A DNA stretch of 64,000 bases from Candidatus Omnitrophota bacterium (GTDB lineage Bacteria; Omnitrophota; Gorgyraeia; Gygaellales; Profunditerraquicolaceae), in contig JBAZTA010000001.1 of assembly GCA_041662125.1 (NCBI GenBank), positions 518,379 through 582,378 of the forward strand, written 5' to 3'. A program made the translations under genes and the position numbers. Below the pieces are notes generated by a model. It made no database searches, was not told the origin of the DNA, and saw nothing but the letters and a program-made list of their open reading frames with translations. This document shows positions 40,586-50,516 of the stretch, piece by piece; the stretch's first letter is position 1; every line of letters starts with the position of its first letter.

Positions 40586-41764
40586 TTATAAGCGCGCTGC
40601 CTGTTTCTTCAATACAGCTGATTTATCCGTTATTTCCCATTTAAATTCCGGCTCATTCCTTCCAAAGTGGCCGTAACAAGCTGTCTTGCGGTATATCGGA
40701 CGCAGCAGGTCTAATGTTTTAATGATCCCACCGGGAGTAAGGTCAAAATTCTCACGGATAAGCTTTACGAACTTCTCATCAGAAAGTTTTCCCGTGCCAA
40801 AAGTATTGACAAAAATTGACAAAGGATCTGCATAGCCGATAACGTAGGATAACTGCACCATGAATTTATCCGCCAGGCCTGCGTCAACGATATTTTTGGC
40901 AACATAACGGCACATATAGGCCGCGGAACGGTCAACTTTAGTCGGATCTTTTCCTGAAAAAGCCCCTCCGCCATGCGGAACAACACCGCCATAGGTATCA
41001 ACGATGATCTTTCGCCCCGTCATCCCGGTATCTGACTGAGGGCCGCCGATAACAAATTTCCCCGTCTGATTCACATAATACTTCGTATGCTTATCAATTA
41101 ATGCGGTCAAAACCGGCTTGGCGATCACCTCGATCATTTCCTGCCGCGCTTTATCAGTAATATGCTGGCCTGTTTTATCTAAAATATCTTCGGTGTGCTG
41201 GCAGGCAAGAACGACCGAATCAACGCGCAGCGCCTTATCATTTTCATATTCGACGGTAACCTGCGATTTGCAATCCGGGCCTAAATATTTCAAAGTCCCG
41301 TTCCTGCGCACATCAGCCATGCGTTTCACCAATCTATGCGATAGCATTATAGGAAGAGGCATAAGCTCTTCAGTTTCACGGCACGCATAACCGAACATTA
41401 TACCCTGGTCACCGGCTCCTCCGGTATTAACCCCTTGCGCGATATCAGGAGACTGGCTATTGATCGTATTAACTATAGCGCAGGTTTCATAATCAAATCC
41501 ATACTTGGGATCAGTGTAACCGATTTCCTGGATTATCCTGCGGGCGAGCTTTTGTATATCCACATACGCGGTCGTGGTAATTTCTCCTCCAACGATCAAA
41601 AGCCCCATGGTAACATACGTTTCACAGGCAACCCTGCTTTTTTCTTTATCTTTATCAGACGTTAACACCTGGTCCAAAACAGCATCGGATATCTGGTCGC
41701 AAACCTTATCCGGATGGCCTTCGCCGACCGATTCTGAAGTAAAATAATGTTTTTTCATCGTCAT
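40586..41764 (-). CDS. metK: S-adenosylmethionine synthetase
   Basis: [51 protein letters not shown] upstream of the first ATG. Confidence 0.95.
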   Translation of the reverse strand: MTMKKHYFTSESVGEGHPDKVCDQISDAVLDQVLTSDKDKEKSRVACETYVTMGLLIVGGEITTTAYVDIQKLARRIIQEIGYTDPKYGFDYETCAIVNTINSQSPDIAQGVNTGGAGDQGIMFGYACRETEELMPLPIMLSHRLVKRMADVRRNGTLKYLGPDCKSQVTVEYENDKALRVDSVVLACQHTEDILDKTGQHITDKARQEMIEVIAKPVLTALIDKHTKYYVNQTGKFVIGGPQSDTGMTGRKIIVDTYGGVVPHGGGAFSGKDPTKVDRSAAYMCRYVAKNIVDAGLADKFMVQLSYVIGYADPLSIFVNTFGTGKLSDEKFVKLIRENFDLTPGGIIKTLDLLRPIYRKTACYGHFGRNEPEFKWEITDKSAVLKKQAARL

Positions 41765-42004
41765 AGCTACTCCTTAATAAGCAGATACCTTACCAAGCCT
41801 TTTTTAAAACGCGATAAGCACCGTTAAAAGCCGTAAGATTACCTGCACCTGCCGTTACTGTAAAGCAGGATTGCTCCCGATACGTATAGAAATGAGTATC
41901 AAGATATTATTATTAAACAACCTTCCTTCGACCCAGGTTGTGACAAAAACCCCCTTAAAGCCTCTGTATACCGGTTCCAGGCCAAACCTTAAGGGCACCT
42001 TTCA

Positions 42005-43735
42005 TTATCCCAGGATTTCACGTAATTTTGACTGGCTGTATTCCTCAACTTCTTTTCCGGTACACAACTCTAAAGCACGGCGGGAAATTTCCTGCACTTT
42101 CTTTACCGTGATCAACCGAATGATGTATTTTATTTCCGGGATCGCCAGAGGCGGCATACTAAACTCATCTAAACCTAATCCCAACAATATAAGCACAGAT
42201 GCCGGTTCACTGGCCATTTCACCGCACATCCCTACTTTGATATTTGCCGCATGAGAGGCGTCAATAACGTTCTTAATCAAGCGTAACACAGCAGGATGCA
42301 TCGGTTCATAGAGATAGGCTGCTTTTTCGTTGGTCCGATCCACTGCCAGCGCATACTGGATCAAATCATTTGTCCCGATACTGAAGAAATCAGCTTCAGT
42401 CGCGAGAATATCAGCCGTCATTGCCGCCGAAGGCACTTCGATCATAGCGCCTACTTCAATATCTTTATCAAAACCTATATTTTTGGAGCGTAATTCTTCT
42501 TTAACTTCTTCTAATATTTTCTTTGCCTGACGCAACTCTTCAATACCGGAGATCATCGGGTACATAAGCTTTAATTTCCCGAACACAGAAGCCCGCAATA
42601 TCGCCCGCAGCTGTAATTTAAAAACATCCGGCCTGGCAAGGCAGAACCGGATCGCCCGCCAGCCTAAAAAAGGGCGCATCTCTTTAGGGATCTCAAATTG
42701 CGACAAAAACTTATCGCCCCCCAAATCCAAGGTGCGGATAATAACCGGATGAGGCGCCATATGCTCTGCCACATACTTATACGCCTGAAAATGCTCCTCT
42801 TCCAACGGTAAATCTTTTCTATTCATATAAAAGAACTCAGTGCGGTACAACCCGATACCCTGGCCGCCGTGCAGCCTTACCGAAGGGACCTCGTCGGGAA
42901 ACTCTATATTACCGCTTATCTGAATGGCCCTGCCATCAAGAGTAACCGCCGGCAGGTCTTTGACGGTATAAAAACGTTCAATGATCCCTTTTAATTTCTG
43001 TTCTTCCTGCTGGTAAATCCGCAGCGTTTCTTCATCGGGATTGACAATAACAATCCCCATGCTGCCGTCAACGATCAACATATCGCCGCTTTTAATCTTT
43101 GCCATCGCTTCTACCGCTCCGACAACCGCGGGAATTTCAAGCGATTTAGCCATGATCGCCGTATGAGAGGTCTTGCCGCCGATATCGGTAACAAAAGCGC
43201 TGACCAGCTGCTTATGCATCGCGGCAGTATCTGAAGGAGAAAGATCATGGGCGATAACAATCATGCGTTCTTTCAAATCCTGCAAGCCTTTTTGCTCTTT
43301 TCCCAGAAGATTACGCAGGATCCGCTTGCCGACATCATTAACGTCTGCAGCGCGCTCTTTGAGATACTCGTCTTCTATTTTAGAGAAAACATCGATGTAT
43401 TTCTTTAAAACCTCGGAAAAGATATACGCCACATTGATATATTCTTTCTTAAGGCGGGAAATAACTTCTTCGATGATCATGCGGTCTTCCAACACAAGAA
43501 GATGCGCATTAAAAATATCGGCTTCCTGCTGCCCGATATCATTGGAAATCTTAGACTGCAGACCCATGATCTCTTTACGAGTCTGTATCAATGCTTCTTC
43601 GAAAAGCTGAATCTGAGAGGGGATTTCTTCCGGCGCTATACTTTGCTTGGTAATAGCAAATTCTTCCTTGCCTATTTTATAGGCGGGGCCAATACTAATG
43701 CCGGCAGCAGCGGGAATACCTTGTAATTTTATCAT
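42005..43735 (-). CDS. ptsI: Phosphoenolpyruvate-protein phosphotransferase (PTS enzyme I)
   Basis: 576 aa with a conserved His domain (GGKTSHTAI) and a PEP-utilising C-terminal domain. Confidence 0.93.
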   Translation of the reverse strand: MIKLQGIPAAAGISIGPAYKIGKEEFAITKQSIAPEEIPSQIQLFEEALIQTRKEIMGLQSKISNDIGQQEADIFNAHLLVLEDRMIIEEVISRLKKEYINVAYIFSEVLKKYIDVFSKIEDEYLKERAADVNDVGKRILRNLLGKEQKGLQDLKERMIVIAHDLSPSDTAAMHKQLVSAFVTDIGGKTSHTAIMAKSLEIPAVVGAVEAMAKIKSGDMLIVDGSMGIVIVNPDEETLRIYQQEEQKLKGIIERFYTVKDLPAVTLDGRAIQISGNIEFPDEVPSVRLHGGQGIGLYRTEFFYMNRKDLPLEEEHFQAYKYVAEHMAPHPVIIRTLDLGGDKFLSQFEIPKEMRPFLGWRAIRFCLARPDVFKLQLRAILRASVFGKLKLMYPMISGIEELRQAKKILEEVKEELRSKNIGFDKDIEVGAMIEVPSAAMTADILATEADFFSIGTNDLIQYALAVDRTNEKAAYLYEPMHPAVLRLIKNVIDASHAANIKVGMCGEMASEPASVLILLGLGLDEFSMPPLAIPEIKYIIRLITVKKVQEISRRALELCTGKEVEEYSQSKLREILG

Positions 43736-43740
43736 TATAT

Positions 43741-44004
43741 TTACTCTTGGCTGGCAATATGCTTTTCTAATTCTTCAAGCGCAAGCTCCGCGTCAGTTCC
43801 TTCAGCTTCCAGTTCGATGACACTTCCCTTTTCAGCGCCCAACATAAGGATCCCCATAATAGACTTACCGTTAACTTTCTCGTTATCGCGAATAACATTA
43901 ATCCGGGAATCAAACTTGTTGGCGATCTGAACAAAAACTGCCGCAGGGCGGGCATGTAACCCCTGGCTGTTCTGAACCACAACTTTTTTTCTAATAACTG
44001 GCAT
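43741..44004 (-). CDS. ptsH: Phosphocarrier protein HPr
   Basis: 88 aa from MPVIRKKVVVQNSQGLHARPAA (His15 region) and GKSIMGILMLGA (Ser46 region). The ORF-track N-terminal extension was rejected because an RBS precedes the ATG at 44004. Confidence 0.9.
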   Translation of the reverse strand: MPVIRKKVVVQNSQGLHARPAAVFVQIANKFDSRINVIRDNEKVNGKSIMGILMLGAEKGSVIELEAEGTDAELALEELEKHIASQE

Positions 44005-44050
44005 ACTCCCCGCCCTCTCGCTCTTGATCAAAAAGAAACATCGAAAAAGA

Positions 44051-45313
44051 TCAAAGTTCTTCTTTAAAATTAAAAATAAACTTAGCCAATTTAACCGGAT
44101 CATGACGGATCACGTCGTTGGTGGCGACAATATCTTCTTCTATGATCCGATACCCCATACTTTCAATATTCTTTTTATCAACGACGACCGGATACGCATT
44201 GTCCGCTTCATAGCGTTTCAAAAGCGAAGCGGGGATCTTCCCATTATTAACGAGGCAATAATCAAAGACTTTCGGATGGCTATGCTGTAAAAGCATATTG
44301 ACATGGGTAGACGCGGCATAGCCGTCAGTTTCACCGGGTTGAGTCATAACATTACACACATATATCTTTGTCGCCTTGGCACCCGCGATCGTTTCGGTTA
44401 TTTCCCGTATCAGCAGATTAGGAATGATACTGGTAAACAATGAACCAGGGCCCAAGACAATAATGTCTGCTTCTTCGATGGCCCGTATCGCTTCAGGAGT
44501 TGCCTCAGGATACCCGGGCTTCAAAAAAACTTTTTCAATAGGTTTTAAAGCCTTGGGGATCTTAAATTCTCCTTCAGTAATAGAGCCGTCCTTATGCCGG
44601 GCAACGAGAGTGACATTGTTTAACGTCGAAGGTATAACCTGCCCGCGTAATGCCAGGACTTTGCTGGTTTCTTTGATCGCTTTCTCAAAATCTCCGGTCA
44701 AACGGGTCATAACGGTAATAAAAAGATTGCCGAAATTATGTCCCTCGAGTTCTGAACCCTGCGCAAAACGGAACTGGAACAAATCCTGCATCAAGGTCGA
44801 AGCATCAGCCAGCGCCACCAGGCAGTTGCGGATATCACCGGGAGGCAGAATATCAAACTGCTGACGTAACCTGCCGGAAGACCCTCCGTCGTCGGCGACC
44901 GTCACAATAGCGGTAATATTAGACGTGTATTCTTTAAGCCCGGACAAAAGGACCGCAAGCCCGGTCCCGCCACCTATCGTTACAATCTTAGGGCCGTGCC
45001 CTAAGAATTTACGCTGGTATAAAACATCCACCAGTTCTTTTTCTTTAAACGATGGGATGAAAGCCGTTATAAAAGAACGAAGCAGCCGCTTAATCGCTAA
45101 TACTAAAATAACAATACTTGAAACAACAACGATGATATCTAATGCCTGGATAATCCAGAGTTCTTCACTGCGCAAATGGCTTGAACTGATGATCAATAAC
45201 AGTATTCCAAAAGCCCCTAACCCAATCCACCGCTTAATTCCTATACCCGGATACAACCACTTGATCGCACTTTTAATCCTTAAAGTCAGCCACTTGACCT
45301 TAGAGTTTATCAT
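44051..45313 (-). CDS. YvcK/CofD-family gluconeogenesis factor with an N-terminal TM extension
   Basis: IVTIGGGTGL...TVADDGGSSGRLR (UPF0052 signature) preceded by ~90 aa containing two hydrophobic segments. The start is uncertain (45313 or 45373). Confidence 0.8.
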   Translation of the reverse strand: MINSKVKWLTLRIKSAIKWLYPGIGIKRWIGLGAFGILLLIISSSHLRSEELWIIQALDIIVVVSSIVILVLAIKRLLRSFITAFIPSFKEKELVDVLYQRKFLGHGPKIVTIGGGTGLAVLLSGLKEYTSNITAIVTVADDGGSSGRLRQQFDILPPGDIRNCLVALADASTLMQDLFQFRFAQGSELEGHNFGNLFITVMTRLTGDFEKAIKETSKVLALRGQVIPSTLNNVTLVARHKDGSITEGEFKIPKALKPIEKVFLKPGYPEATPEAIRAIEEADIIVLGPGSLFTSIIPNLLIREITETIAGAKATKIYVCNVMTQPGETDGYAASTHVNMLLQHSHPKVFDYCLVNNGKIPASLLKRYEADNAYPVVVDKKNIESMGYRIIEEDIVATNDVIRHDPVKLAKFIFNFKEEL

Positions 45314-45767
45314 CTTCTTGGGTAATGATTTTAATAATAGCCTTATCGTCAGTACAGGCACGCAGGCTATCACGGAAATATTTATCTTTAAACAAGCGCG
45401 AGATACGCGCGAGCGCCTTGAGGTGCGGGCCAGCAGAATCCTGAGGCGCGACTAATAAGAAGAAAATATAGACCGGCTCTCCGTCTAACGAATCGAAATC
45501 GACCCCTTTTTTTGCAAGAGAGAACGCGCCCACCAATTTACTGACTGCCTCTGATTTCGCGTGAGGAATAGCTATCCCCTGCCCGATTGCCGTAGACCCT
45601 AACGATTCGCGTTCCATGAGCGCGTCAACGATCTTATTGCGATGGTTTTTCTCGATATCACCGGCATTAATCAAAGCGTCGACAAGTTCACGCACGACAT
45701 CTTCTTTTTTCACCGATTTGAGATCGGAAAGGATAGCTTTTTTAGATAAGAAGTCCAAAATCTTCAT
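45300..45767 (-). CDS. ptsN: PTS EIIA-Ntr (nitrogen regulatory IIA, PtsN)
   Basis: 154 aa from MKILDF, with the EIIA-fructose/Ntr family active-site region GIAIPHAK. The ORF-track extension runs into tRNA-Gly and was rejected. Confidence 0.85.
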   Translation of the reverse strand: MKILDFLSKKAILSDLKSVKKEDVVRELVDALINAGDIEKNHRNKIVDALMERESLGSTAIGQGIAIPHAKSEAVSKLVGAFSLAKKGVDFDSLDGEPVYIFFLLVAPQDSAGPHLKALARISRLFKDKYFRDSLRACTDDKAIIKIITQEDDKL

Positions 45768-45839
45768 CATTACTCCTTTTGTTTTAAAATTATAAACGCG
45801 TTTTATGCAAAGCGGTTTTAGGTCGATTATAAGAAAAAA

Positions 45840-45912
45840 AGCGGGAGACGGGGATCGAACCCGCGACAACTACCTTGGCAAGGTAGCGCTCTACCAACTG
45901 AGCTACTCCCGC
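45840..45912 (-). tRNA. tRNA-Gly (anticodon GCC)
   Basis: GCGGGAG-TA-GCTC/AGTTGGTA/GAGC-G-CTACC/TTGCCAA/GGTAG...CTCCCGC-U is a canonical cloverleaf. Confidence 0.92.
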
Positions 45913-46135
45913 GTCATACAACATAGATGATGTTATTAGGTTTAGAGCGATTCCTCTTCTCAACGCTATCACGATACTATCTATGAATTCTTAAATTTTC
46001 CCGTCGGGGAAACATTTTTATTTCCACGAAAAAATAATGGAGCCAAACTCCTTCCTTATGTGTTACTTTTACTGCTTATCCTGCCGCAAGAAAAACTCAG
46101 GCTAAAATCAAAAATATCGATCCCGGGCATAGTTA

Positions 46136-46217
46136 TGGGCGGAAGAGGAGTTGAACCTCCAAGGGTTGCCCCAATAGCTCCTAAGGCTATCGCGTATGCC
46201 AATTCCGCCATCCGCCC
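46136..46217 (-). tRNA. tRNA-Leu (anticodon UAG), type II with a long variable arm
   Basis: GGGCGGA-TG-GCGGAATTGGCATACGCG-ATAGC/CTTAGGA/GCTAT-long variable arm-GGAGG/TTCAACT/CCTCT-TCCGCCC-A. Confidence 0.88.
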
Positions 46218-46321
46218 GCAAGAAAATGTAACGAGTAACCAGTAACACGTAACGAGTAATTAACAGTTAGTCCGGGCGGAAACAATCTTTACCTTCCCCT
46301 GCGTAGCACAGAAAAAATTAG

Positions 46322-46394
46322 TGAGCCTCCCGCGGCTCGAACGCGGCACAACCACATTAAAAGTGTGGTGCTCTACCAGATGAGCTAGAGGCCC
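46322..46394 (-). tRNA. tRNA-Lys (anticodon UUU)
   Basis: GGGCCTC-TA-GCTC/ATCTGGTA/GAGC-A-CCACA/CTTTTAA/TGTGG-TTGTG-CCGCG/TTCGAGC/CGCGG-GAGGCTC-A. Confidence 0.9.
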
Positions 46395-46411
46395 GAATTT
46401 ATCTTTAAAAC

Positions 46412-46972
46412 TTAAAATTCAGTTATTTCTTTTTCTTTACTCTTAAGCACTTCATCTACGCGCGCGATATATTTATCAACAATTTTCTGAAGTTCGTCTA
46501 TACCTTTAAACTTATCGTCTTCTGATAAAATCTTATCTTTTTCAGCCTTTTCTAACAATTCTTTTGAATCACGCCTGATCGTGCGCAGGGAAACCCTTCC
46601 TTCTTCAATGATTTTATGCACCAATTTTACCAGATCCTGGCGCCTTTCTTGTGATAACGCAGGAACTGAAAGCCGGACAACTTTCCCGTCATTCATCGGC
46701 GTAATCCCCAGTTTAGATTTTTGGATCGTTTTTTCAATCTCTGCGATTACAGAAGGATCCCATGGCTGTATGACAATCATATGAGCATCAGGGACAGAAA
46801 TTGAAGCTAATTGCTTGATCAAGGTAGGAGTCCCGTAATAATCAACATGCAGCCCTTCAACCAAATGGGGGCTTGCCCTGCCGGTACGTATTTCAGAGAA
46901 TTCACGCATCACAAAATCGATAGCTTTCTTCATTTTATCTTCGCTTCCATGCAAAATTTCTCTGACAGTCAT
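46412..46972 (-). CDS. frr: Ribosome recycling factor
   Basis: 186 aa with full-length RRF similarity (VRTGRASP.L...V.V.YYG..TPL). Confidence 0.93.
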   Translation of the reverse strand: MTVREILHGSEDKMKKAIDFVMREFSEIRTGRASPHLVEGLHVDYYGTPTLIKQLASISVPDAHMIVIQPWDPSVIAEIEKTIQKSKLGITPMNDGKVVRLSVPALSQERRQDLVKLVHKIIEEGRVSLRTIRRDSKELLEKAEKDKILSEDDKFKGIDELQKIVDKYIARVDEVLKSKEKEITEF

Positions 46973-47009
46973 TGTAAGCCCCCTTATTTTAAATTCTTCG
47001 AGCCTAAAA

Positions 47010-47735
47010 CTAATCCCTTACCACGGTCCCGATCTTCTCTCCCAAAACAACCCTCTTGATATTGCCTTCTTTATTCAGGTTAAACACCACAATGGGCAAT
47101 TTATTATCCATGCACAGGCTGATTGCTGTCGCATCCATAACTTTCAAACCTTTTTTCAACACATCGATATATTTCAATTGGACGAATTTCTTGGCATCCT
47201 TAACCTTCACGGGATCAGCGGAATATACCCCGTCTACTTTGGTGGCTTTTAATATCGCGTCAGCGTTAAGTTCCATTGCGCGCAGTGCCGCGGCGGTATC
47301 CGTCGTAAAATAAGGATTCCCTGTCCCGGAAACAAAAATAACCACCCGCTTCTTTTCTAAATGACGGACTGCCCGGCGCCTGATATAGGGTTCGGCGATC
47401 CGCTGCATCTCAATAGCCGTCATGACACGGGTCGGGATCCCGATCTTCTCCAACACATTCTGCAAAGCCAAGCCATTGATCACCGTCGCCAACATCCCCA
47501 TATAATCAGCTACCGACCTATCCATATCCAGGCCTAAAGAAGCGGTATTCTCCTGGCCGCGGAAGATATTTCCTCCTCCCAGGACTAACGCGACATCGAC
47601 ATTTAAATCGCGTATCTCCTTTATCTGGCGAGCAATAGCCACAAGGACTGTCTGATCGATACCGTGCAGCTTCTTGCCCTGCAAGGCTTCGCCGCTGATC
47701 TTTAAGACTATTCTTTTATAGATAGGATGAGACAT
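47010..47735 (-). CDS. pyrH: UMP kinase
   Basis: [20 protein letters not shown] and [21 protein letters not shown] motifs. Confidence 0.93.
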   Translation of the reverse strand: MSHPIYKRIVLKISGEALQGKKLHGIDQTVLVAIARQIKEIRDLNVDVALVLGGGNIFRGQENTASLGLDMDRSVADYMGMLATVINGLALQNVLEKIGIPTRVMTAIEMQRIAEPYIRRRAVRHLEKKRVVIFVSGTGNPYFTTDTAAALRAMELNADAILKATKVDGVYSADPVKVKDAKKFVQLKYIDVLKKGLKVMDATAISLCMDNKLPIVVFNLNKEGNIKRVVLGEKIGTVVRD

Positions 47736-48265
47736 TATTCGGCAACGCCAACTTTATAACGCACAAACCTGCGGATAAGGATATTTTCTCCAATCTTACC
47801 GATCAAACTCGTCAGGTAATCTTTTATGGTAAGGCTGGGGTCTTTAACAAAGGGCTGTTCTAATAAACAGCTGGTTTTATAAAACCCTTCTTTATCGGCC
47901 TGCTCTTTCAAAATATCTTCGGGGACATCTTCCCTTTTGATATATACAGGATTACATGCCGCGATCTGCATGGCAAGGTCTTTAGTAAACTGGCAGAATT
48001 CACTGCTGCGAGCCACAAAATCGGTCTCACAATCAACCTCCACCAGGACACCGATCTTACTGCCTAAATGGATATACGCTTCAACCCGGCCGTCTTTGGC
48101 TAACCTGCCCTGCTTATTTGCCGCAATCTCCATGCCGCGTTTACGTAATAACTCAACTGCCCTCTTTAAATCTCCCGAGGCTTCCTGCAACGCTTTCTTA
48201 CAATCCATGACGCTGGCATTCGTTAAATTCCTTAATTCTTTAATTGCTTCAACCGGTATTCCCAT
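47735..48265 (-). CDS. tsf: Elongation factor Ts (short form)
   Basis: N-terminal UBA-like segment [19 protein letters not shown] plus a dimerisation domain, ~176 aa from the MGIPVE Met. Confidence 0.88.
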   Translation of the reverse strand: MGIPVEAIKELRNLTNASVMDCKKALQEASGDLKRAVELLRKRGMEIAANKQGRLAKDGRVEAYIHLGSKIGVLVEVDCETDFVARSSEFCQFTKDLAMQIAACNPVYIKREDVPEDILKEQADKEGFYKTSCLLEQPFVKDPSLTIKDYLTSLIGKIGENILIRRFVRYKVGVAE

Positions 48266-48269
48266 TTTA

Positions 48270-49166
48270 CTATACCTTCCTTTTACTTCTGGCCTTATCA
48301 TCTACGGGCTTACTGCGAACTTTCTTGCCGGCTTTCTGATCATCTTCAGGCTTTTCTGTTGTTTCAACAATTTCTTCGATCTCTTTTATTTTTATTTCCT
48401 CTTCGGGGGCAACCACAGGAGCTTCCGCAACATCTTCTTTTTTAGCCTTGATAGCCACACCGCTTTCTGAAAGATATGACAGGAATTTCTTGCGCCCTTC
48501 AATGATGCTATCGGCAAGTAACCGGGCAATTAAACCGATCGACTTGGTCGCATCATCATTACCCGGGATAGGATAATCAACAAGATCAGGGTTGGAATTG
48601 GTATCGATAAACCCGATAACCGGAATTCCTAACCGGCGCGCTTCTCTGACCGCAGTTTCTTCTTTCTTAGTATCGACGATAAAGACGGCTTTCGGCATCC
48701 GCTCCATCATGACAATACCGGAGAAATTTTTCTTTAATTTTGCTAATTCTTTCTCAAGCAATGCCACTTCTTTCTTCGTCAACTTTTGGAAAGTCCCGTC
48801 TTCTTTCATTTTTTCAATTTCTTTAAGACGGTTAATACTTTTCTTGATGGTCGCAAAGTTAGTCAACAAGCCTCCCGGCCAGCGTTCCGTAACATAATAC
48901 ATACCGGCACGGATTGCTTCCTGCAGGATGACTTCCTGAGCCTGTTTCTTAGTCCCGACAAACAGCGCTACCTCGCCCTTAGAGGTTATATCCAGCAAGT
49001 AATCCCTGGCTTTATTGAAACATTCCTCTGTCTTTTCCAAATCAATAATGTAAATACCACTGCGCTGGCCAAAGATAAATTTCTTCATCTTAGGGTTCCA
49101 CCGTGAAACTTTGTGGCCAAAATGGACCCCTGCCTCCAAGAATTGTTTAATTAGTTCTGATGGCAA
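48270..49166 (-). CDS. rpsB: 30S ribosomal protein S2 with a Lys/Glu-rich C-terminal extension
   Basis: AGVHFGHKVSRWNPKMKKFIFGQRSGIYIIDL is the S2 core. It is followed by a ~60-aa charged tail. Confidence 0.93.
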   Translation of the reverse strand: MPSELIKQFLEAGVHFGHKVSRWNPKMKKFIFGQRSGIYIIDLEKTEECFNKARDYLLDITSKGEVALFVGTKKQAQEVILQEAIRAGMYYVTERWPGGLLTNFATIKKSINRLKEIEKMKEDGTFQKLTKKEVALLEKELAKLKKNFSGIVMMERMPKAVFIVDTKKEETAVREARRLGIPVIGFIDTNSNPDLVDYPIPGNDDATKSIGLIARLLADSIIEGRKKFLSYLSESGVAIKAKKEDVAEAPVVAPEEEIKIKEIEEIVETTEKPEDDQKAGKKVRSKPVDDKARSKRKV

Positions 49167-49332
49167 AATAAACCCCCCTGTTAGAGTTAATAAATTGTTA
49201 ACCTAAATTAATTTTATAAGTATAACATACTTTCCTTAAGTTGCAAACTCTTTTTACAGCTGAATAAAGATAGTAGTATACTTATTTTACCCTTTAAAAG
49301 CAATAAAATTGTGCATACGGCTTCCTCTGGCC

Positions 49333-49917
49333 TTATCCTCTATTAAATCGTCTTTCTTGAGGGTTATTATACATTTGCCACAAAAGCCACGCGCCTGAAC
49401 CCAGGCATACCAGCATGACCATAACCGCAATAATCCTCAATCCCCCGGCAAAAACCGCGTCAAACCGCAAAACTCCCAAACGAGTCAATAAATAATTCCA
49501 ATCATGGATAATAGGATTATCACTGCCAAACGGACTTACCAACGGCAAATCCATAGCACGAGCGTCACCCAAATATGTGGCAACTCCGAATAGATTTATC
49601 GCAAGCCATCCAAAAGATAACGAAATAGCAAAAAAGTCTTTTTGACGGTAGAAATTAAACACAGCAAAAACCGGGACTAAACACTGAGCGAGAGTCCCTC
49701 CCCAAACACCTATAAATTCGCCTAAGAAAGCAAAAATCATGTGCCCCAATTCATGTATCCCCAGGTTTAACAGGTCAAAAACAGAATGATACAAAGGGTT
49801 CATGAGATAACGGGCCAGGCAATACGCAAACCAAACCAAAAGAGGCAAACGGATCAGCCAAGACCTCCCCTTGCACCACTCAAAAGCTTCTTGACGCAGT
49901 AAATTCAAGAATTCCAT
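49333..49917 (-). CDS. Polytopic membrane protein with an HExxH motif (HELGHM), putative metalloprotease-like
   Basis: 194 aa with 5-6 predicted TMs. The HELGH sits at a TM boundary. No family was recognised confidently. Confidence 0.5.
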   Translation of the reverse strand: MEFLNLLRQEAFEWCKGRSWLIRLPLLVWFAYCLARYLMNPLYHSVFDLLNLGIHELGHMIFAFLGEFIGVWGGTLAQCLVPVFAVFNFYRQKDFFAISLSFGWLAINLFGVATYLGDARAMDLPLVSPFGSDNPIIHDWNYLLTRLGVLRFDAVFAGGLRIIAVMVMLVCLGSGAWLLWQMYNNPQERRFNRG

Positions 49918-50061
49918 CGAGATTCAATCAATAGCTCTCAAGGCTGACATTTACCTTAAGGCATTTGGTTTCTTAGGGTTATAACCCTTGAACAAAACAA
50001 CCCTTTTGCTCAAAGGCCCTTATGAGGATAAACTTAAAACGGAAGGCTGATTAAAAAAGTC

Positions 50062-50442
50062 TCACCATTGTTCTTTGATTCTCTGAGCTATTTTCATTGC
50101 TAGTTCGGGGTTCGGTTGAAGATTCTTTCCGGCTTTTATTTCTATCCGTATTCTCTGAGGCTTTACTTGGCTTACCTGAACAATAACATCGGTATCTTTA
50201 ATCAATGCTTCGATCCTACCGGCGCTCTCTTCCTGCAAGCGAATGAGCCCCATGCCATATATAACCTTGTAAGTAACACGCCAGCTTTCCTGGAAAAAAG
50301 CACGTTTTTCTAACCTCAACGTACCACTCTCTGCGTCCATGATTCTGGCATTACCTATACGGCTACTTCCCCGAACGCTCATGCAGCCGTTTAAGAATAT
50401 CGCAACAACAACAAACCAGAATAATCCCTGAATTTTCTTCAT
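50062..50442 (-). CDS. Lipoprotein (lipobox LNGC), hypothetical
   Basis: Signal peptide MKKIQGLFWFVVVAIFLNGC, 126 aa. Confidence 0.6.
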   Translation of the reverse strand: MKKIQGLFWFVVVAIFLNGCMSVRGSSRIGNARIMDAESGTLRLEKRAFFQESWRVTYKVIYGMGLIRLQEESAGRIEALIKDTDVIVQVSQVKPQRIRIEIKAGKNLQPNPELAMKIAQRIKEQW

Positions 50443-50516
50443 ATCGCCACTTTTATTTTATCACAACCGCAAAAATATAACTGATTGGATGTTCTTTTTT
50501 CAATAATAATTATCAG

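Noticed and set aside
41765-42004. SAM-I riboswitch upstream of metK
   Set aside because: The hallmark cUUAUCAAGAGnGG / GCAACC segments of SAM-I are absent. It is retained only as a low-confidence generic structured-leader finding.
43767-44103. Alternative 71-aa ORF and the 120-aa extended version of the HPr ORF
   Set aside because: HPr homology begins exactly at MPVIRKK (start 44004) with an upstream G-rich RBS. The extension and the alternate frame have no homology.
45790-46245. ORF-track ORFs 45790-45972 (-) and 46060-46245 (+), and the N-terminal extension of ptsN to 45869
   Set aside because: They overlap tRNA-Gly and tRNA-Leu genes. The ptsN product is of canonical length from the MKILDF Met.
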